From: Octopus bimaculoides
Lineage: Eukaryota
Direction of reading: 5' to 3'
Length of the DNA stretch: 39,168 bases
Assembly (NCBI RefSeq): GCF_001194135.2
Contig: NC_068982.1
Location: 112,424,725-112,463,892, forward strand
Both the position numbers and the translations under genes were made by a program. Shown here piece after piece: positions 33,933 through 39,168 of this stretch (positions within the stretch are counted from its first letter, which is position 1; each line of letters opens with the position of its first letter). Below the pieces are notes generated by a model. That model saw only the letters and a list, made by a program, of their open reading frames with translations, did no database searches and was not told where the DNA came from.

Positions 33933-34704
33933 ATATATACATATAGGGTGTTATCTGGAAATAGTGAAACAGACAGTCATCACATCATCATCATCCTTAT
34001 CAACGTTATCATATCGACCAGCTTCATTTAATTCTCCTCCATCTAGTCCTCCACCTCCTCCTTCTGCTCATCATCATCATCATCCACGGTAGCAGCAGCC
34101 ACATATTCATCGTAGCCCTTGTCATCATATTCAACGCAGGGTTTGTTGTCGTCATTGAGGTCATGAGTCTATCTACCATCATCATATATTATCTCCAAGT
34201 TTCGTTCCGAACAAGAAAAGTTCAAAATTATAATACTCATTGTACAGACACACGCACACAGAAACACACACACACACACACACACACACGTATATTTATG
34301 CATATATGTGTGTATATATGTATGAACAGGTGTGTGCACGCGTTTGTGTCTTCGTTTATTCAAAAAATATTTATGGGAACTGCAGAAATGAGAGGAATGG
34401 AGGAGGAGTAGGGGCAAGTAGCAAGAATGTGGGTAGAACGTGATGAGAGCCAGGTAAAAAGTAAGGTTAGAGATGAGAAAGCTCAATGCAATATTAGCAA
34501 AGGAGACATGACACAATAACACACCTACACACGCGAGTGAACTGGCACATACACAACGTAAACGTGAAGAGAAAGGCATTGCTAGGGATCGCCAGTAGAG
34601 AAATGAGACATGTTAGGAGTGGTCAGAATCTAAAAAAACAAAAACAAAAATAAAACACTATATGTATAGATGTATTGGGAGGTGGGATCGGCAGAAATAT
34701 ATAC

Positions 34705-34705
<1 letters not shown>

Positions 34706-34797
<92 letters not shown>

Positions 34798-34810
34798 AGA
34801 GAGAGAGAGG
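34706..34810. repeat. Long (GA)n microsatellite
   Basis: Directly visible; a further (GA)n is at ~35168-35220, (TATG)n at ~34985-35100 and (CA)n at ~35535-35597. Confidence 0.97.
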
Positions 34811-34985
34811 GGAGGGGGAGATTGTGAGGAACATTTATTAGAATGTATTGTGAAGTAGGATTGCAATTGTGAGGAATATGACTCGTGGTCGGTACATCGA
34901 ACACTAGATGTATCAGGGGTGCTGAAGGTACATTGTTGAAATGAATGAAAGCAATGAGTTCATAAAGATATGTACAAAGAGACAG

Positions 34986-35016
<31 letters not shown>

Positions 35017-35169
35017 TGTATGTATGCATGTATGCATGTGTGAATGCATGAATGTATGTATGTATGTATGTATGTATGCATGCATGAATGCATGCATGTA
35101 GATAAGGGTGTAGATAGATAGAGATATACATAGATGGGTAAATAGATAAATAGATAGATAGATAGATAT

Positions 35170-35220
<51 letters not shown>

Positions 35221-35530
35221 TTAATGCAGGTACCTAAGTATTACTTATATCATTGACCCACAACATGGTTTGAAATCTGAACATAAAGTGATAGAACAGC
35301 AAAGAAAGAGGCGGGGTGGGGGTTGTCACTCTAATAATTTGCATATAACTATAAAATGTAACAAATTTCATGTTCAGTTCGTGTATGTGTGTGTGCGTGT
35401 GTGCGCGCGCGTATCTGCATGAATTCAATATGAAAGAGATTATAGCATTCATCATACCACACACACGCGCACACTCGCGCTGTAGAAACGTACAGACGTA
35501 CCACATTACACACAATTTTTCGCTTATACG

Positions 35531-35599
<69 letters not shown>

Positions 35600-36489
35600 A
35601 TACAAACGCATACACAAGCACCCAAAATACATACACACACATACACATACACATATGTGTATACATATGTATGGGTGTATATGCAGTTAATTGCATACGC
35701 ACATATATTTGAATATATATATTCCTGTATAACTAATCGAAATGAGAAGAGTATAACAAGAATTATGATCCACTCTATGGAATATTGTGGAAATAAATGA
35801 TCTGCATAGATTTGAGGTAAAAATATTTTCCAATATATATTAGCTGAAAAATGATTACAGATTTATCTTAAGAACGAGTGACAGAGTACATTGACTTCAT
35901 TTTCTTTGCAGCGACTGGAAATCACGATTCTAATTTCACCCGAAACATTCGTTAATTCTATATCTTCGTTACAGTTTTATGACAGAGAAAGTTATATCAA
36001 ACATTGTCCAGGGCCTACGATATTTGTTGGAAGTAAGGTCTTTTCAGACTGGAGACTTGACCCGACTGATTGTAAGAGAATGTACGCCTCTAAAGGTTCT
36101 CAATGCCTGGGCAAAGGTGTCAAACTGGGAAACGGCCGACAGACGAACTGACAGATGAACTGAATACTAATTAAAAATGTCTTTGTCAAACCTAAGGATT
36201 AACCCATCCACACCTCAATCGATAATCTGACAATATGCACAAGAGTCACATTAAAAATTATCGTTTCTCTAGAACGTTATACCTTTTATTACTTTAGTCA
36301 TTGTAAAATTGATATCCTTTAGGATGATATAACTACAAATTTAAATTATCGAAAGAGTGATGGACTTGAACGCAGAATCTAGACAGACTCAACTCAATTC
36401 TTAACCGATGCTTTACAGTTTCTACTTTTAAATTACAATGTATTGACTTTATCGTTCATATGTATCATACGTGCAAGGTTGTACAAGAG

Positions 36490-36630
36490 AAGGTAGTAAT
36501 TTGAATTGACCCTAGTACCTGCGTCGAACTTATTTTATTGACTCTCAGAAAAATTTGAATTCATAACGTAAAGAGGCACGAACGACTACACATAAGGCAT
36601 TTCGTCCGAGGTTCTACCGATTCTGGCATT
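36490..36630 (-). mobile_element. Old degenerate SINE copy
   Basis: TTGACCCTAGTAC...ACTTATTTTATTGAC...AATTTGAATTCATAACGTAAAG...GCATTTCGTCCG...CTACCGATTCTG follows the reverse SINE layout of 12112-12345, with the middle deleted. Confidence 0.55.
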
Positions 36631-36639
36631 CACATAGTG

Positions 36640-36719
36640 AATTCTTACAAGTGTTTAAATAACAAATATCATTTGTAGAAATTCTTGCAAGGGTTTAAAT
36701 AACAAATATCATTTGTAGA
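36640..36719. repeat. 40-bp tandem duplication
   Basis: AATTCTTACAAGTGTTTAAATAACAAATATCATTTGTAGA followed by AATTCTTGCAAGGGTTTAAATAACAAATATCATTTGTAGA (2 mismatches). Confidence 0.95.
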
Positions 36720-37475
36720 AAATATGAAATTATAACTGGGTGATGTCTATATCATGAAGCTGTAGAGTTAAATAAAGCTAAATTATGTTCCTCAAAGACT
36801 TGCGTGAAAGTATATTTCTACAGCCGTGTTTTGAGACAATATCATAAGCCGTGTTTACAACCAATCCATGGAATATTGATTTTTTGACATAGGTACACAT
36901 GGCATTAGATTTATAAGGGAAAACATTAAAACAACATCACGTGTATCGTTTGCGTTTCATGACAGTTAACTTTAAGGACTAGAACTGGAAGGTGAAATAT
37001 AACTGTACTCAAAGAAAACGCATATCTAATATACTTGACAAACTTAGTGTATATTATCATTGCTCCTCTTTTTTTAACTCCGATGAGTAATGCCCTGCAT
37101 ATATGAATATGTAAATGACACTGTGTGGATTAAGTTTGTTCTCGAGTGCAGTAGAGCTGTGTACGGAATAAAATGGCTTTGACGCGGAAACGATAAAGGC
37201 GTGCATTATCAATTTAAGAGAGGCCTTATATTTTAACTTACGATTATCACCCAATCAAGCGAATGTAGCAAATATTGGTTGAGGTGGGGGAAACGAAAGA
37301 TTTAAGAAAGGGATATGTGAAAACATTCTCTTCAAGATGTCATTAAGAGAATTTACTGTGTAAAAAATGAGAAATCTGTAAAAGTTTATCTGAGTTTCTC
37401 TGTGAATACATTTTAGATTTATCATCATATGGTATTGAATGGCCTGATAAATATAGGTATTCGAAGAGTACTTTA

Positions 37476-37536
<61 letters not shown>

Positions 37537-38779
37537 GATACAGAAATACAAAGATATAGTCCAAATTGAATAATTCCACCCTACTTCAATATATACGTAT
37601 ATATAAACATATATGTATGTATGTATGTATGTATGTGTGTATGTATGTTTGTATGGATTTCTTGAAATTGAAAATTGCACAATCCATTTCACCGTGCTTT
37701 AGGTAACTGGTCATCAGCCAGAAATTTGATGTTCTATTACATAAAACTCGGAGTAGCATTTTCAAGACGTCAACAGAGCTCAATATTTCATTGTAACTTT
37801 TGTATTCAAGTGGCATTTTCCTCCACTGGTTTGCATGTGTGGGCACACGCGTATATATGTGCAAGTGCGTACGCGTGTGTATGTGTGTGTGTATGTGTGT
37901 ATATGCATGTAACAAATTGACCTTAAAGAATACATTAGAAATTCTGTGTACACTCACGATGATATAGAAAGATGTTGGTGATAAAGATGGAAGGGTAACA
38001 AAGTAAGAAGAAAAGATATTGTGATAGAAACTGAGAGAATGAGATTAAAAAAATGGAAGAGAGAGATTAAACGATTAAGGCATTGTTATAGAAGCATGTA
38101 AAGAGATTATGATTAAATGTGAGAGAAGATTGATCTGAAATTTACTCTCCAGGTACAGAAAAAATATATATATGGCATTATTTCAAGTAAGGTGCTTCTC
38201 ATCAACATAATGAAAACTTGGCGTTTATTTTGTTTTTTTTTCTTTTTAACAAATTAAAACAAAAATTACAACAGCAACAAAGTCAGGACATAGTGAAGAA
38301 ATTGGTTCAACAAACGGTGAATGAAAAATGAAAGGATGCAGAGAGAAAGAAAAAAAAGAGAAAGTATTGGATCTTAATACATAAGAAGATAAAGATTTTT
38401 AAAAAGTTTGCAGAAATGATAAAATGAGAGAATATAAAATGAATGAATGTCTGCGCGATTTCATCACATGCAATCAGACAACGCAGGCAGCAGGCGACAT
38501 CTAGAAGGAGAAGCAGCATTGGTATATAATAGGACTTTGGGATAAAACAGCAAGAATTTGTAGAGATATAGATGTAATATTTATATATATAATATAGAGA
38601 ATTGAAATAAACACTCCTTTTGGAGAAGTAAAAAAAGCATTGGATGAATAATTTTAGAGGAAATATTTTGTCACTAAGAGCTAATAAGTAATGTCTCACA
38701 CAAAAGATATGATGCATATATAGATATATACTAAATAAAATTGGACATGCATGTGTATAAATGAACTTTTGTCTATTCA

Positions 38780-38795
38780 TATATATATATTTCAG

Positions 38796-38839
<44 letters not shown>

Positions 38840-38842
38840 AAC

Positions 38843-38873
<31 letters not shown>

Positions 38874-39168
38874 TATAATTATACAATCATACACATATAT
38901 ATGATAAATATATGTAGGAATATGTGTATTTGTGCAAATATTTTCAATTTTATACATATATATATATAATGTATATGCATGTATGTATATATGAATACAT
39001 GCATACATATGTACGTATATATAATTTAAATGCCTACAAATATGTACTTGTATATTATTTACCCATATACATTGTGTATATATGCATAGACTACACATAT
39101 ACGTATATGTATATATATATTTAAATGAAATATATATGTATGCATACATAAGTTATATATATATATAT
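38780..39168. repeat. TA-rich low-complexity/microsatellite region
   Basis: Directly visible; also (CA)n at ~37476-37534. Confidence 0.9.

Noticed and set aside
33880-34092. Pro/His-rich 70-aa ORF (SSPPPPPSAHHHHHPR)
   Set aside because: It starts inside a SINE tail and derives from (CAT)/(CCT) low-complexity sequence.
38307-39149. 280-aa minus-strand ORF
   Set aside because: Y/I/C/M-rich translation of TA-rich low-complexity DNA; no recognisable domain.

Overview
This is AT-rich, microsatellite-dense eukaryotic DNA with six N-gaps. It is almost certainly intronic or intergenic sequence from a coleoid cephalopod (Octopus-like); this is inferred from recalled tRNA-derived SINE families and dense (TA)n/(CA)n/(CATA)n/(ATT)n arrays. 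No host protein-coding exon or RNA gene could be supported with confidence, and nearly all long ORFs in the track are N-gap or microsatellite artefacts. The window is a transposon graveyard: Tc1/mariner pieces, LINE remnants (R4/Dong, RTE, CR1-like, probably a REL-type and a Penelope-like element) and several SINE copies. The most striking structure is a 1,078-bp foldback element at 19291-20368. It has ~280-bp GG...CC terminal inverted repeats, a perfect 8-bp target-site duplication (GTTTATTT) and an internal telomere-like (CCCTAA/CCCTAAAA) array, and an uninterrupted copy of its target sequence lies in the same window (14518-14645). Other notable structures are a palindromic two-right-ends mariner MITE (31011-31562), a near-perfect 41-bp-stem hairpin (9724-9829) and three abutting CR1-like fragments in alternating orientation. 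I found no evidence of a novel multi-gene system; the best candidates for novelty are these non-coding mobile or structured elements.
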